Part shown: positions 17,429 to 26,337 of the stretch, one piece after another | Layout of the letters: each line of letters opens with the position of its first letter | Position numbering within the stretch: position 1 is the first letter of the stretch | NCBI GenBank assembly: GCA_963752605.1 | Contig: CAVVYW010000009.1 | Span: forward strand, 3,863 to 67,862 | DNA length: 64,000 nucleotides | From: an uncultured Solirubrobacterales bacterium | GTDB taxonomy: Bacteria; Actinomycetota; Thermoleophilia; Solirubrobacterales; 70-9 | Direction of reading: 5' to 3' | Position numbers and translations under genes: made by a program | Notes under the pieces: generated by a model | The model's database searches: none | Seen by the model: only the letters and a program-made list of their open reading frames with translations | Told to the model about the DNA's origin: nothing

Positions 17429-18076
17429 TTATCCGGGCGCGTTGGCGAGCGAGCGCCACAGGTAGAGGCAGGCGAGCGTGCGGTGGGGACGCCACTCCTC
17501 GGCGATCCGCTCGAGCTCCTCGGGGCCCGGGAGCTCGTCCATGCCGTACGCGATCTGCACCGCCCGGCGGATGCCGAGGTCGCCGGTCGAGACCACGTCG
17601 GGCCGCGCCAGGTGGAAGATCAGGAACATCTCCGCCGTCCAGCGACCGATGCCCTTCACCTCGATCAGCTCGGCGACCACGTCCTCGTCCGGGAGATCCC
17701 GCAGCCGCGTCAGGTCCAGCCGGCCGTCCTTCACCCGCCTGGCGAGGTCCTTGAGGAACTCGACCTTGGCGCGGGAGAGGCCCGCCTTGCGAAGCTGGTC
17801 CGCCCGCTTCTTCAGCAGCTGCTCGGGCTTCGGCGGCTTCCCGTCGAACTGCTCGAGCAGTTTGTTCCAGATCGAGGCGGCGGCCTTGGTGGAAAGCTGC
17901 TGGCCGACGATCGCCCGCGCCAGCGCCTCGTAGGGATCTGGGCGGCTGCCGCGCCGGTCAGTGGCGGGGTCGATCGGTCCCCCCTCCTCCATCAGGCCGC
18001 GCATGACCTTGTCCGCCTTCATCAGAGCGCGGTCGTCGGCGCTCCACTTGACCGTCGCGGTGCTCACAACCCGCAC
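17429..18076 (-). CDS. alkA: DNA-3-methyladenine glycosylase II (HhH-GPD family)
   Basis: 215 aa. HhH-GPD motif LIEVKGIGRWTAEMFLIF...GDLGIRR. Confidence 0.88.
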   Translation of the reverse strand: MRVVSTATVKWSADDRALMKADKVMRGLMEEGGPIDPATDRRGSRPDPYEALARAIVGQQLSTKAAASIWNKLLEQFDGKPPKPEQLLKKRADQLRKAGLSRAKVEFLKDLARRVKDGRLDLTRLRDLPDEDVVAELIEVKGIGRWTAEMFLIFHLARPDVVSTGDLGIRRAVQIAYGMDELPGPEELERIAEEWRPHRTLACLYLWRSLANAPG

Positions 18077-18645
18077 TCCCGCAGCCCGTAGGCCCGGCCA
18101 ATCCGGCGGGCCTCGGCGAACGTCCGGCGGACCGCCTCGTCGTCGGCGAAGGACTGCGGATTCGCCTCCAGCTGGTCCACAGCCGCTTCGACGGCGTCGT
18201 AGATCGCCGCCACCCGCTGCTCGTCGCCGCGCGGGGGCGTCAGGGAGCGGATCTCCTCGAGCTCCTCCCTGAAGTTGGGCACGGCGGTGGTCACCACGAA
18301 CTCCTCGATCTCGGCGTCCGGCGGGCGGTGGCCGGGCCGGAAGACGATCTGGCCCGATTCCAGGACCTTGAAGTCCTTCGCGTTCAGGCCGAAGCGCTTG
18401 CGGCCGAGCTCCTCCACCCGGCTCTCATAGAACGCGCAGAACCCGTCCGCCTGTGAGATGTAGTCCGACTTGCTCGGGACCAGCTCCGTGGTAACCACCG
18501 TGACCGCGCCGCTGTCTCCGCCGTCATCGCCGCCACAGCCGGCCGCAACCGACCCCGCGAGCAGGACCGGAAGCAGCGCAGCTATGAAGTGAGGCCTCAG
18601 ACCCTCTGGATCAGCGTGCCGGTGCCGAGCCCGCCGCCGCAGCAC
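18064..18645 (-). CDS. lipoprotein, unknown family (paralog of 16876-17355); start uncertain
   Basis: Lipobox SVAAGC. No ATG/GTG/TTG lies next to the signal peptide. Candidates are the GTG at 18645 (inside the thiolase 3' end) and the CTG at 18600. Confidence 0.55.
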   Translation of the reverse strand: MLRRRARHRHADPEGLRPHFIAALLPVLLAGSVAAGCGGDDGGDSGAVTVVTTELVPSKSDYISQADGFCAFYESRVEELGRKRFGLNAKDFKVLESGQIVFRPGHRPPDAEIEEFVVTTAVPNFREELEEIRSLTPPRGDEQRVAAIYDAVEAAVDQLEANPQSFADDEAVRRTFAEARRIGRAYGLRECGL

Positions 18646-19784
18646 ATCGTCACCAGGCCGGTCTCCTTGTCGGAGCGCTCCAGCTCGTGGAGCAGCGTGG
18701 TGAGCAGCCGAGCGCCGGTCGAGCCGAGCGGGTGGCCGAGAGCGATGGCGCCGCCGTTGACGTTGACCCGGTCCATGTCGGGCTCGAGCTCGCGCCGCCA
18801 GGCGGCGACGACCGAGGCGAACGCCTCGTTGATCTCGATCAGGTCGATGTCGTCCATCTTCATCCCGTTGCGCTCCAGGATCAGCCGAGTCGCGGGGATG
18901 GGACCGGTCAGCATCATCACCGGGTCGACGCCGACCGTGGTCTGGTCGACCAGCTTGGCCCGCGGCTTCAGGCCGAGCTCCTTGGCCTTGTCGGCGGTCA
19001 TCAGCAGCACCGCGGCCGCGCCGTCGGAGACCTGGGAGGAGTTGCCGGCGGTGACCTTGCCGTCCTCCTTGAACGCCGGCTTCAGCGAGGCCAGCTTCTC
19101 GAGGCTGTCCTCGGTGGGCGGCCGGATGCCCTGGTCGGTAACGAACGTGTCGCCGTTGCTCTGCCAAGGGATCATCTCCCGCTCGAAGCGCCCCTCCTCG
19201 GTCGCCTGATGGGCGAGCTGGTGGGAGCGCAGGCCGATCTCATCGAGCTCGGAGCGGGGGATCTCCCACTTGTCGGCGATCATCTCGGCGGAGATGCCCT
19301 GCGGCACCAGGTTGTAGCGCTCGAGCAGCTGGGGCGAGAACGCGAGGCCGTGTTCCTTCATCACCTCGGCCGAGTCGGCGAAGGAGATGTGGCCCATGTG
19401 CTCGACGCCGCCGCCGATGGCGACGTCGTGGACGCCCGAGGCGATCATCGCCGCCGCGAAGTTGACGGCCTGCTGGCCGGAGCCGCACTGGCGGTCCACG
19501 GTCGTGGCGGGGGTCTCGATCGGGAGCCCGGCCTCGAGCCAGGCGTTGCGGGCGATGTTGATGCCCTGCTCGCCGAACTGCTGGACACAGCCGGCGACGA
19601 CGTCCTCGACCTCGGAGGCGTCGATCCCGGCCCGCTTGATGACCTCGTCGTAGCTCTTCGCGAGCAGGTTCGAGGCGTGGGTGTCCTTGTAGTAGCCCTT
19701 CTCCTCGTGCCCGCGGCCGATCGGCGTGCGAGCCGCCTCGACGATGACTACCTCGCGGCCCTGGAAGTTCCCGTTCTTCGCCAC
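18597..19784 (-). CDS. acetyl-CoA C-acyltransferase (thiolase)
   Basis: 395 aa. Motifs VDRQCGSGQQAV, NVNGGAIALGHPLG and CCGGGLG. TAGGAGG precedes the GTG start. Confidence 0.95.
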   Translation of the reverse strand: MAKNGNFQGREVVIVEAARTPIGRGHEEKGYYKDTHASNLLAKSYDEVIKRAGIDASEVEDVVAGCVQQFGEQGINIARNAWLEAGLPIETPATTVDRQCGSGQQAVNFAAAMIASGVHDVAIGGGVEHMGHISFADSAEVMKEHGLAFSPQLLERYNLVPQGISAEMIADKWEIPRSELDEIGLRSHQLAHQATEEGRFEREMIPWQSNGDTFVTDQGIRPPTEDSLEKLASLKPAFKEDGKVTAGNSSQVSDGAAAVLLMTADKAKELGLKPRAKLVDQTTVGVDPVMMLTGPIPATRLILERNGMKMDDIDLIEINEAFASVVAAWRRELEPDMDRVNVNGGAIALGHPLGSTGARLLTTLLHELERSDKETGLVTMCCGGGLGTGTLIQRV

Positions 19785-19844
19785 CTGTGGTGCCTCCTAA
19801 CTAAGTTTTATGACGCAACCAACTGTACCGAACAGGATAGCCGG

Positions 19845-19864
19845 TTGACTGGCGAGTCAGCCAG
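19845..19864. promoter_or_regulatory. putative repressor operator TTGACTGGCGAGTCAGCCAG (IR TGACT-N4-AGTCA)
   Basis: Lies 61-80 nt upstream of the thiolase start, in the same orientation as the box at 14375-14394. Confidence 0.55.
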
Positions 19865-19907
19865 GCCTCCTCATCCAGGTAAGGCTATCGGTGCTCGCGG
19901 GGTCCCG

Positions 19908-20270
19908 CTACGACCGGCGCTTCTTCTGCTTGCACTTCTTCTTCTTGGCGGTGACCGCCGCGCCGCCCCTCCCCTTCTTGCTCTTCTTCTTGCACTTTTT
20001 CCGCTTCTTCGTCGGGGTGGCGGCGGGGGCGGGTGCGGGGGCGGGTGTAGCCACAGGCGGCGGGCCGGTGGTGCTGACGTCGAGGCCCCAGCCGCGATGG
20101 ATCGCGCCGGGATCGGGGTCGAAATCGTCGGCGACGTAGAGCTGCCAGGTGCCGTTGGGAGCCGTGCCGTTGAAGGCGGCGAGGGTCGAGCTGTAGGGGG
20201 CTCCGGGAGCCGGGCCGGGCAGCGGATCGCCCGGGGAGGTGTCCGTCGGCCGGAAGACGCCCGACACCAC
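19908..20270 (-). pseudogene. 3' remnant of a secreted P-domain (proprotein-convertase-like) protein with poly-Lys two-Cys tail
   Basis: Only the last half of a P-domain is present (FNGTAPNGTWQLYVADDFDPDPGAIHRGWGLDV), followed by a PA linker and the tail KKRKKCKKKSKKGRGGAAVTAKKKKCKQKKRRS. There is no signal peptide and no upstream continuation in any frame. Confidence 0.5.
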
Positions 20271-20380
20271 GCCCGGCGGCGGCGGACGGCACCGGCGGCG
20301 CGCCCGCGGCTCGAGGTCCGGCGCGCGATTCCCTGAGCTCGGCCCCCGACCCTTGGCAGCGACGCGGGTACGAGCGGCCC

Positions 20381-21175
20381 GCGCTTGCGGGTAGCGGCAC
20401 GATCGCCTGCGGGCTCGCGGCCATCGCCAGCACCCGGTCGAAGACGATCCTGCTGGCGCGCTCCGACACCTCCGCCTGGCGCGCCGAGGAGGAGACGGAC
20501 AAGCTCTGCGCCAAGGTGGACGGGGGCGACGCGAGCCGCGTCAAGGTCACCACGGACCCCTCCGACCTCTCCTCCTGCGACCTGGTGATCGAGGCGATCA
20601 TCGAGGAGCCGGAACCGAAGGTGGAGCTGCTGAAGGCGGTTGCCGAGGCCGCCCCCGAGGCCGATCTCGCCACCACCACCTCCTCCCTCTCCGTCGCCGA
20701 GCTGGGCGCCAAGAGCGGCCACCCGGAGCGGACCTTCGGCCTGCACCCGTTCAACCCCGTCGTTCGCATGGAGCTGATCGAGCTCTGCGTGCCGGAGGGG
20801 GCCCGGGGTGACATCGCGGCTCGCGCCCGCGCCTGGTGCGAGTCGCTCGGCAAGACGGTGGTGGAGGTGCCCGACGAGGTCGGGTTCGTCGTCAACCGGC
20901 TGCTCTTCCCCTACCTCTTCGATGCGGTGCGGCTGCTCGAGCAGACCGGGATGAAGCCCGAGGAGGTGGACCGCTGCATGACCCTCGGCGCGAACTACCC
21001 GATGGGGCCGCTCGCCCTGATCGACCTGGTCGGGATCGACGTCGCGGCCGCGATCGGCGAGGCCCTACATGCGGAGACCGGCGAGGAGCACCACCAGCCG
21101 CCCGGCCGCCTGGTCAGCATGACCGGAGAGGGGAGGCTCGGCCGCAAGTCCGGCGCGGGCTTCTACGACTACTGA
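20381..21175 (+). CDS. 3-hydroxyacyl-CoA (3-hydroxybutyryl-CoA) dehydrogenase; no canonical start codon
   Basis: Homology begins at ALAGSGTIACGLA (the GxGxxG motif) and continues to GRKSGAGFYDY. The frame has no ATG/GTG/TTG between the stop at 20171 and the internal GTG at 20516. Confidence 0.75.
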   Translation, partial: ALAGSGTIACGLAAIASTRSKTILLARSDTSAWRAEEETDKLCAKVDGGDASRVKVTTDPSDLSSCDLVIEAIIEEPEPKVELLKAVAEAAPEADLATTTSSLSVAELGAKSGHPERTFGLHPFNPVVRMELIELCVPEGARGDIAARARAWCESLGKTVVEVPDEVGFVVNRLLFPYLFDAVRLLEQTGMKPEEVDRCMTLGANYPMGPLALIDLVGIDVAAAIGEALHAETGEEHHQPPGRLVSMTGEGRLGRKSGAGFYDY

Positions 21176-22098
21176 GCACTGAGCCGGACGATCAGCTCGG
21201 CGGTCGCCTCGCCGACCGCGTCGAGTGAGTCCGTCGAGAGCTTGTCCGGGGTGTCCTGGGCGGTGTCGGCGTACGGGTACCGGAAGTCGATCAGGTCGAT
21301 CGATGGCACCCCGGTGGCGATGAAGGGGATGTGGTCGTCCAGAACGGGGGGCTGGTCGGCGTCCGGGAAGACCTCGTCCTTCCCCACCTCCTCGGCTGCC
21401 TCGCGCAGCTCCCCCCAGAGAGCGGGCTCGGAGTTCCCCTCCCGGGGGATCCGGACGCCCTTGTTCGCGATGTAGTCGAGGAGGACCATCTGCCCGATCT
21501 CGCCCCGGTGCTCCTGCGCGTAGGCCTTCGAGCCCCGCAGCGCGCACTGCACGAACTGGGTCTCCGGGCAGCCCACGGGCTCCTCCTCCCCGTCGAAGAG
21601 GACGAAGCGGACCTCGCGATGGTCCTCCGGCAGATGCTGCTCGATCGTCCGGGCCAGTTCCACGACCGCGGCGGTCCCGGCGGCGCCGTCATTCGCTCCG
21701 ACGAAGTCGGGGATGGTCGCCTCAGTGTCGTAGTGCGCGCCCACGAGAATCGCCGGGGAGCGGCCCGGGATCGTGCTGACCAGGTTGAGCAGGCCCCCGG
21801 CCAGCGGCTGGATCTCGGGATTGGGGAGCATCCGCCGCAGCTTGCGCCCGAGCCGCTCCGAGGCCTCGGAGCCCGCCGGGCGAGGGCCATACTCAACCTG
21901 CGTCTCGATCAGGTCGAAGGCCGCGTCGGCGTCGAAGCGATCCGGATCTGAGCCCGAGCCTCCTGACCCGCCGCAGCCGGCCAGGACCAGCGAGATCAGG
22001 AGGAGCGCGCTAGCGAGCCCGCTTGCCGGGAGCAGCCTTGCCCTTGCGCTTCTGGCGGCGCGGCTTGACGCTGATCGGCGGGACCGCAGGCTCCTCAT
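21169..22098 (-). CDS. M28 family peptidase lipoprotein
   Basis: 309 aa. Lipobox VLAGC; motifs GANDGAAGTAAVVELAR and FVLFDGEEE. Its first 89 nt overlap the upstream small ORF. Confidence 0.85.
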   Translation of the reverse strand: MRSLRSRRSASSRAARSARARLLPASGLASALLLISLVLAGCGGSGGSGSDPDRFDADAAFDLIETQVEYGPRPAGSEASERLGRKLRRMLPNPEIQPLAGGLLNLVSTIPGRSPAILVGAHYDTEATIPDFVGANDGAAGTAAVVELARTIEQHLPEDHREVRFVLFDGEEEPVGCPETQFVQCALRGSKAYAQEHRGEIGQMVLLDYIANKGVRIPREGNSEPALWGELREAAEEVGKDEVFPDADQPPVLDDHIPFIATGVPSIDLIDFRYPYADTAQDTPDKLSTDSLDAVGEATAELIVRLSAQ

Positions 22099-22321
22099 GG
22101 CGCCCGCAACGATCCCAGATCACATCCGCCTCCGAGACCCCCTGCTTGCCGGCCTCGGTCTCCACCTCGCTCCACGGAAGCTGCGCCTCGGGCAGGTCGT
22201 CCCATCGCGCCAGGTCGAGAGCCTCGAGCGCCCCCTCCAGGGCCGGGCCTCGATGCTCCTCGGAGCGCAGTACCGCCCGAACGACCTCTAGCTGCTTATC
22301 GCTGAGCCGAACGACCCACAT
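22010..22321 (-). CDS. hypothetical small protein with basic C-terminus
   Basis: ATG at 22321 with GAGGAGG upstream. 103 aa, ending KPRRQKRKGKAAPGKRAR. In the overlap region its GC3 is better than that of the M28 frame. Confidence 0.5.
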   Translation of the reverse strand: MWVVRLSDKQLEVVRAVLRSEEHRGPALEGALEALDLARWDDLPEAQLPWSEVETEAGKQGVSEADVIWDRCGRHEEPAVPPISVKPRRQKRKGKAAPGKRAR

Positions 22322-22404
22322 GGCGGCCTCCTCGCGGCGAGTCCCAGGCGGACTCGATTGGAGGCAAGCTAGAGGCCGCGGAGGACGGAAGGGAAAACCG
22401 CTGC

Positions 22405-23697
22405 TCAGCCTGTTTTCTGGTGAATCCGGACCGCTTCTATGCGGTTCTCGCGGACCGACTCGACCCGGATCTCGAAGCCGTCGGCGCTGATCACGTCGCC
22501 GCGCTTCGGGAGGCGGCCGAGCTCGTCGAAGACGTAGCCGCCGATCGAGTTGTACGCGTCGGTCTCCACGGGAAGCTCGATCCCGCGGTCCGCGATGTCC
22601 CCGAGCGAGACGTGGCCGCGCACGTACCAATCCCCGTTGGTGAGTTGGCGCAGAGAGCCGGCCAGCGGGTCCGTCTCATCCTCGATCTCGCCGACCACCT
22701 CCTCGAGGATGTCCTCGACCGTGACGATCCCGATGGTCCGCCCGTACTCGTCAACCACCACCCCAATCGAGGAGCGCTGGCGCTTCAGCTCGGTGAGGAG
22801 ATCGTCGAGGGGCTTGGTCTCGGGGACGACAAGGACGTCGCGGACGGCCGCCTCGATCTTCACGTCGGGGCCCTCGCTCATCAGCAGCCGCGCCAGCCGG
22901 AGCGCGTGGGCGATGCCCCGGACGCGGTCCGGGTTGCCATCCTCGACCACGAGCAGCCGGTTGTGGCCCGAGGTCCAGCAGAGCCGCAGCGCCTCCGACA
23001 CGTTGGAGGTTGCGTCCACGGTGACCACCGCCGGGATCGGGGTCATGATCTCGCGCGCCTCCTGCTCGTGGAGGTGGAAGACCCCGCGGAGCATCCCGGC
23101 CTCGCCCGGATCGAGATCGCCGCCGACGGCCGACTGGGAGATGATCACCTTGAGATCGTCGGAGGTGGGGGTGTCCTCGAGCTCCCCCGGCCTGACCCCG
23201 AACAGCCGCAGGATCGCGTTTGAGACCGCTGTCAGCCCCAGCGTGATGGGCTTGGTCAGGCTGCGGAACAAGTCGAGGACACGGGCGATCCGCCGGGCCG
23301 TTCCCTCCGCGCGGCTGATCGCCATCATCTTCGGCACCTGCTCGCCGACCGTGATGTGCAGCGAGGTGGCGAGCGCGAAGGCGAGCCCGAGAGAGACCGG
23401 ATAGGCGACCGCGTGTGCGAACTCGTCGAGTAGCGGCTCGATCAAGGCAGCGATCGCCGGCTCACCGAGGAAGCCGATCCCGATCGAGGCCATCGTGATC
23501 CCGACCTGGCAGGCGGAGAGGTACTCGTCGATGTGGTCGAGCTGGTTCAGGGTGCGGCGCGCCGCCGCGTCCTCGTTCTCCTCGGCCAGCTGCTCGAGCC
23601 TGGAGCGGCGGGAGCGCACCAGGGCGAATTCGGCCGCGACGAAGACGCCGTTCAGCAGCACCAGCACGAACAGGGCGACGAGGGCGACAGCGGTCAT
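22405..23697 (-). CDS. CNNM/DUF21-CBS-CorC family transporter (hemolysin-family protein)
   Basis: 430 aa. N-terminal DUF21 TM region, a CBS pair, and a C-terminal CorC_HlyC domain. Confidence 0.9.
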   Translation of the reverse strand: MTAVALVALFVLVLLNGVFVAAEFALVRSRRSRLEQLAEENEDAAARRTLNQLDHIDEYLSACQVGITMASIGIGFLGEPAIAALIEPLLDEFAHAVAYPVSLGLAFALATSLHITVGEQVPKMMAISRAEGTARRIARVLDLFRSLTKPITLGLTAVSNAILRLFGVRPGELEDTPTSDDLKVIISQSAVGGDLDPGEAGMLRGVFHLHEQEAREIMTPIPAVVTVDATSNVSEALRLCWTSGHNRLLVVEDGNPDRVRGIAHALRLARLLMSEGPDVKIEAAVRDVLVVPETKPLDDLLTELKRQRSSIGVVVDEYGRTIGIVTVEDILEEVVGEIEDETDPLAGSLRQLTNGDWYVRGHVSLGDIADRGIELPVETDAYNSIGGYVFDELGRLPKRGDVISADGFEIRVESVRENRIEAVRIHQKTG

Positions 23698-23812
23698 CGC
23701 GGCCTCCCGGCCCTCTCAGTCGGAAGAGGCGAGCGACTTGGCACGCCCGTTGGGGGGCCGGTACTCGAGGGGTCGTCGTCGGTCATCGGCGACGCGGCAA
23801 GGCTAGCAGCAG

Positions 23813-25579
23813 CTACTTGCGCGTCTTGTGCTTTTTCTTCCGCCGCTTGCGGCGTTTGCGGCGACGCTTCGGCGGGGCAGCCGCGCCGGGTACGGTGACC
23901 GGCGCCGGCGCCTGCCCGTTGCCGGCTCCCGGGACAAGCTCGCCGGGCGTGGTGAACTGGTGCCCGGGTGCAGGCGCCGGGAGCCCGTAGTCGGCCGCGC
24001 GAAGCACCAGCTGCTCGGCGGCGCGCTCGCAGACCGCGGAGATCGTCAGCGAGGGGTTGACCCCGAGGCTGGTCGGGACCGCCGAGGAGTCCATGCAGAA
24101 GAGGCCCTCGTTGTCGAAGACCTCGCAGCGATGGTCCACGACCCCGAGCCCCGGGTCGTCGGCCATCCGGCAGCCGCCGAGGGGGTGGGAGGCGTAGGCG
24201 CCCTCTGTCTCGCTCAGCTTCAGGAACTTCCCGAGTCCGGCGCCCGCAATCACGTCCTCGATCGCCGCGTTCGCCTGCTCGCGGACCAGGGTCGACTGAG
24301 GCGAGAGCTGGTAGTTGAACAGCCCGATCCCCACCGGGCCGGAGTTCGGCCGCACGTGGCCCCCACCGAGCGGGGGTACCGCGAAGAACGACCCGTCATG
24401 CGTGTCCTCGACCATCGCGAGGATCTCGATGTGGGAGTTCCAGGTGGAGATGCTCCGCTTCTTCTCCCTCCCCCACCAGGACGGCTCCTCCCCGTTGCCG
24501 CGCCCGTCGTCGTAGAGGATGTTGGTGAGCTGTGAGAGCAGGATCTCCTGGAGGGTGAAGCGCTTGCCGTCCCCGTCGTTCCCAGGCTTGTCGACCCACC
24601 AGTCGTAGCTCATCGTGGTGATCGGCTTGCCCTTGTGGAAGTCGTCATACGCCGGCAGCCCGAGCGCGCTCTGGACCTCGGCCGGGTCGAACTCGATCGC
24701 GGCGACGTGGTCGCCGTTGACGCCGAGGTGCTGCCCGACCTGTGACGAGACGGAGCGGAGCGCACCCGCCTGCTGCGAGCGCATCAGGATCGGCGGCGTC
24801 CCCATCGCACCGGCGGCGAGGATCAGGACCTTGCACTCGATGTCCTCGATCTCGCCGGACTGCATCTTGGTCTCCGGGTCGATGCTCTGGGCCTTGACGA
24901 GGTAGCGGTACGGCGTGAAGCTGGAGCGGCGGATCTCGTTGACCTGAATCTGCGGGCGGATCTCGACTCCTGCCGCCTCGGCGGCCGCCAGGTAGTTGGT
25001 GATCAGTGAGTTCTTCGCCCCGAAGATGCAGCCCGTGTAGCACCACTTCGCGTCCACGCAGCGGTCCATGCTGATCGCCAGCGGCACCCGGTCACAGCTG
25101 TGGCCCGCCTGGTTCAGCATCGCCGCCCAGACGCCGCCGGACTTCGACACCTCGTCCCATCCCGGCTGCTCGACCCGCAGCCCGGCCTCGATCCGCTCGT
25201 AGTAGGGGTCCAGCGCGGCGCGCGAGATCTCCGCCGGCCAGACGCGGCCCGAGCCGGGATCGTCGGGATGGCGATCGCGGCGCTCGAACGTCTCGGACGG
25301 GGAGCGGAGCGAGGCGGCGAGATAAAGGTTGGAGCCGCCGCCCACCAGGTCCGCGACGACTACTTGTGCGCCCTGGCCCTGGATCAGCCCGTAGATGTCG
25401 GAGAGGTGGTCGACGTCCATCGACTGGCGGAAGTCGTCGTGGCCCTTGCGCATCCCCCGTTCGAGGATGAGCACGCTCGGGCTCTCGCCGGCCTGGGTGT
25501 AGAGCTCGGCGAGCCGCCAGGCCGCGATCGAGCCGCCGAAGCCCGAGCCGACGATGCAGACGTCCACGCGCTCGCTCAC
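23813..25579 (-). CDS. GMC family FAD oxidoreductase with polybasic C-terminal tail
   Basis: The GTG at 25579 overlaps the upstream stop (GTGA). Motif VCIVGSGFGGSIAAWRLA. The tail is PKRRRKRRKRRKKKHKTRK. The listed 864-aa ORF is an over-extension. Confidence 0.9.
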   Translation of the reverse strand: MSERVDVCIVGSGFGGSIAAWRLAELYTQAGESPSVLILERGMRKGHDDFRQSMDVDHLSDIYGLIQGQGAQVVVADLVGGGSNLYLAASLRSPSETFERRDRHPDDPGSGRVWPAEISRAALDPYYERIEAGLRVEQPGWDEVSKSGGVWAAMLNQAGHSCDRVPLAISMDRCVDAKWCYTGCIFGAKNSLITNYLAAAEAAGVEIRPQIQVNEIRRSSFTPYRYLVKAQSIDPETKMQSGEIEDIECKVLILAAGAMGTPPILMRSQQAGALRSVSSQVGQHLGVNGDHVAAIEFDPAEVQSALGLPAYDDFHKGKPITTMSYDWWVDKPGNDGDGKRFTLQEILLSQLTNILYDDGRGNGEEPSWWGREKKRSISTWNSHIEILAMVEDTHDGSFFAVPPLGGGHVRPNSGPVGIGLFNYQLSPQSTLVREQANAAIEDVIAGAGLGKFLKLSETEGAYASHPLGGCRMADDPGLGVVDHRCEVFDNEGLFCMDSSAVPTSLGVNPSLTISAVCERAAEQLVLRAADYGLPAPAPGHQFTTPGELVPGAGNGQAPAPVTVPGAAAPPKRRRKRRKRRKKKHKTRK

Positions 25580-26238
25580 GGCAGGTACCCCCTCGCGGTC
25601 CGCTCGGTCGCGAGCTGCTGCTTGTAGGAGAAGTCCTCGTAGCCGTGCGGCGCGGTGCCGGGGTGGCCCATCACCTTGTAGCCGCTGGCGGTGGCGTCGG
25701 TGGCATTGATCTGGGTGGCCGCGGCGCAGAAGGCGGTGAAGGGGATTGCGGCCGCGGCCTCCCAGACCACGCGGGTCGGGTTGGAGAAGGCCAGCCCCTG
25801 GACGCAGACCGCCTCGCGGGCGTCGTAGTCGAGGGTGAGGAAGGGCCCACCCTGGGGCAGGGCGAACGCCTCCAGCTCCGCCAGGAACGGGGGTGAGAGC
25901 ACGTCGAACCCGATCTTGGGGTGGTGCGCGAGCAGCAGCGCGTCGGCCTCCACGGCCCCGGGCTCGGTGTCCACGCCCGCGATGGCCTGCGGATGGATCT
26001 CGTTGCCGAGGTCGGTGACCATCGCGGGGCGGCCGGGGATGATCGTGTCGAAGAAGGCCTGCAGCGTCGCGTCCGTGGGGAGCACCGCGCCCTCCGCGTC
26101 GTCGGGCAGCAGCATGCGCGCGGCCGTCGGCATGGCCGCGGCGACGAGGGCGCCCGCTCCCAGCGCCCCGGCGCGCTGCAGGAACTGGCGCCGGGAGACC
26201 TCGATCGCAACCTCTCCCCGAATGAGACTCTCGTCCAT
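25576..26238 (-). CDS. Tat-signal small subunit (gluconate 2-dehydrogenase subunit-3-like)
   Basis: 220 aa. Twin-arginine signal SRRQFLQRAGALGAGALVAAA. Translationally coupled to the GMC oxidoreductase gene. Confidence 0.8.
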   Translation of the reverse strand: MDESLIRGEVAIEVSRRQFLQRAGALGAGALVAAAMPTAARMLLPDDAEGAVLPTDATLQAFFDTIIPGRPAMVTDLGNEIHPQAIAGVDTEPGAVEADALLLAHHPKIGFDVLSPPFLAELEAFALPQGGPFLTLDYDAREAVCVQGLAFSNPTRVVWEAAAAIPFTAFCAAATQINATDATASGYKVMGHPGTAPHGYEDFSYKQQLATERTARGYLP

Positions 26239-26337
26239 ACCCCGAGCGCGAAGCTACCTGAGCGCGTGCCTGCGCGCGCCGATTGCATCTCAACCGGCGC
26301 CTTCGGCACTTATGGCAGGTACTTTTTCGCGCGGGGT

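Noticed and set aside
18687-20336. Very long ORFs in alternative frames or on opposite strands, for example 728-1678, 18687-20336, 32383-34212, 43844-45679, 59471-61228, 62243-63751 and 23813-26407 upstream of 25579.
   Set aside because: Their translations are Arg/Pro/Gly/Ala-rich and lack motifs. They run antisense to, or out of frame with, genes that carry clear family signatures. This is the expected stop-codon-poor artefact of very high GC.
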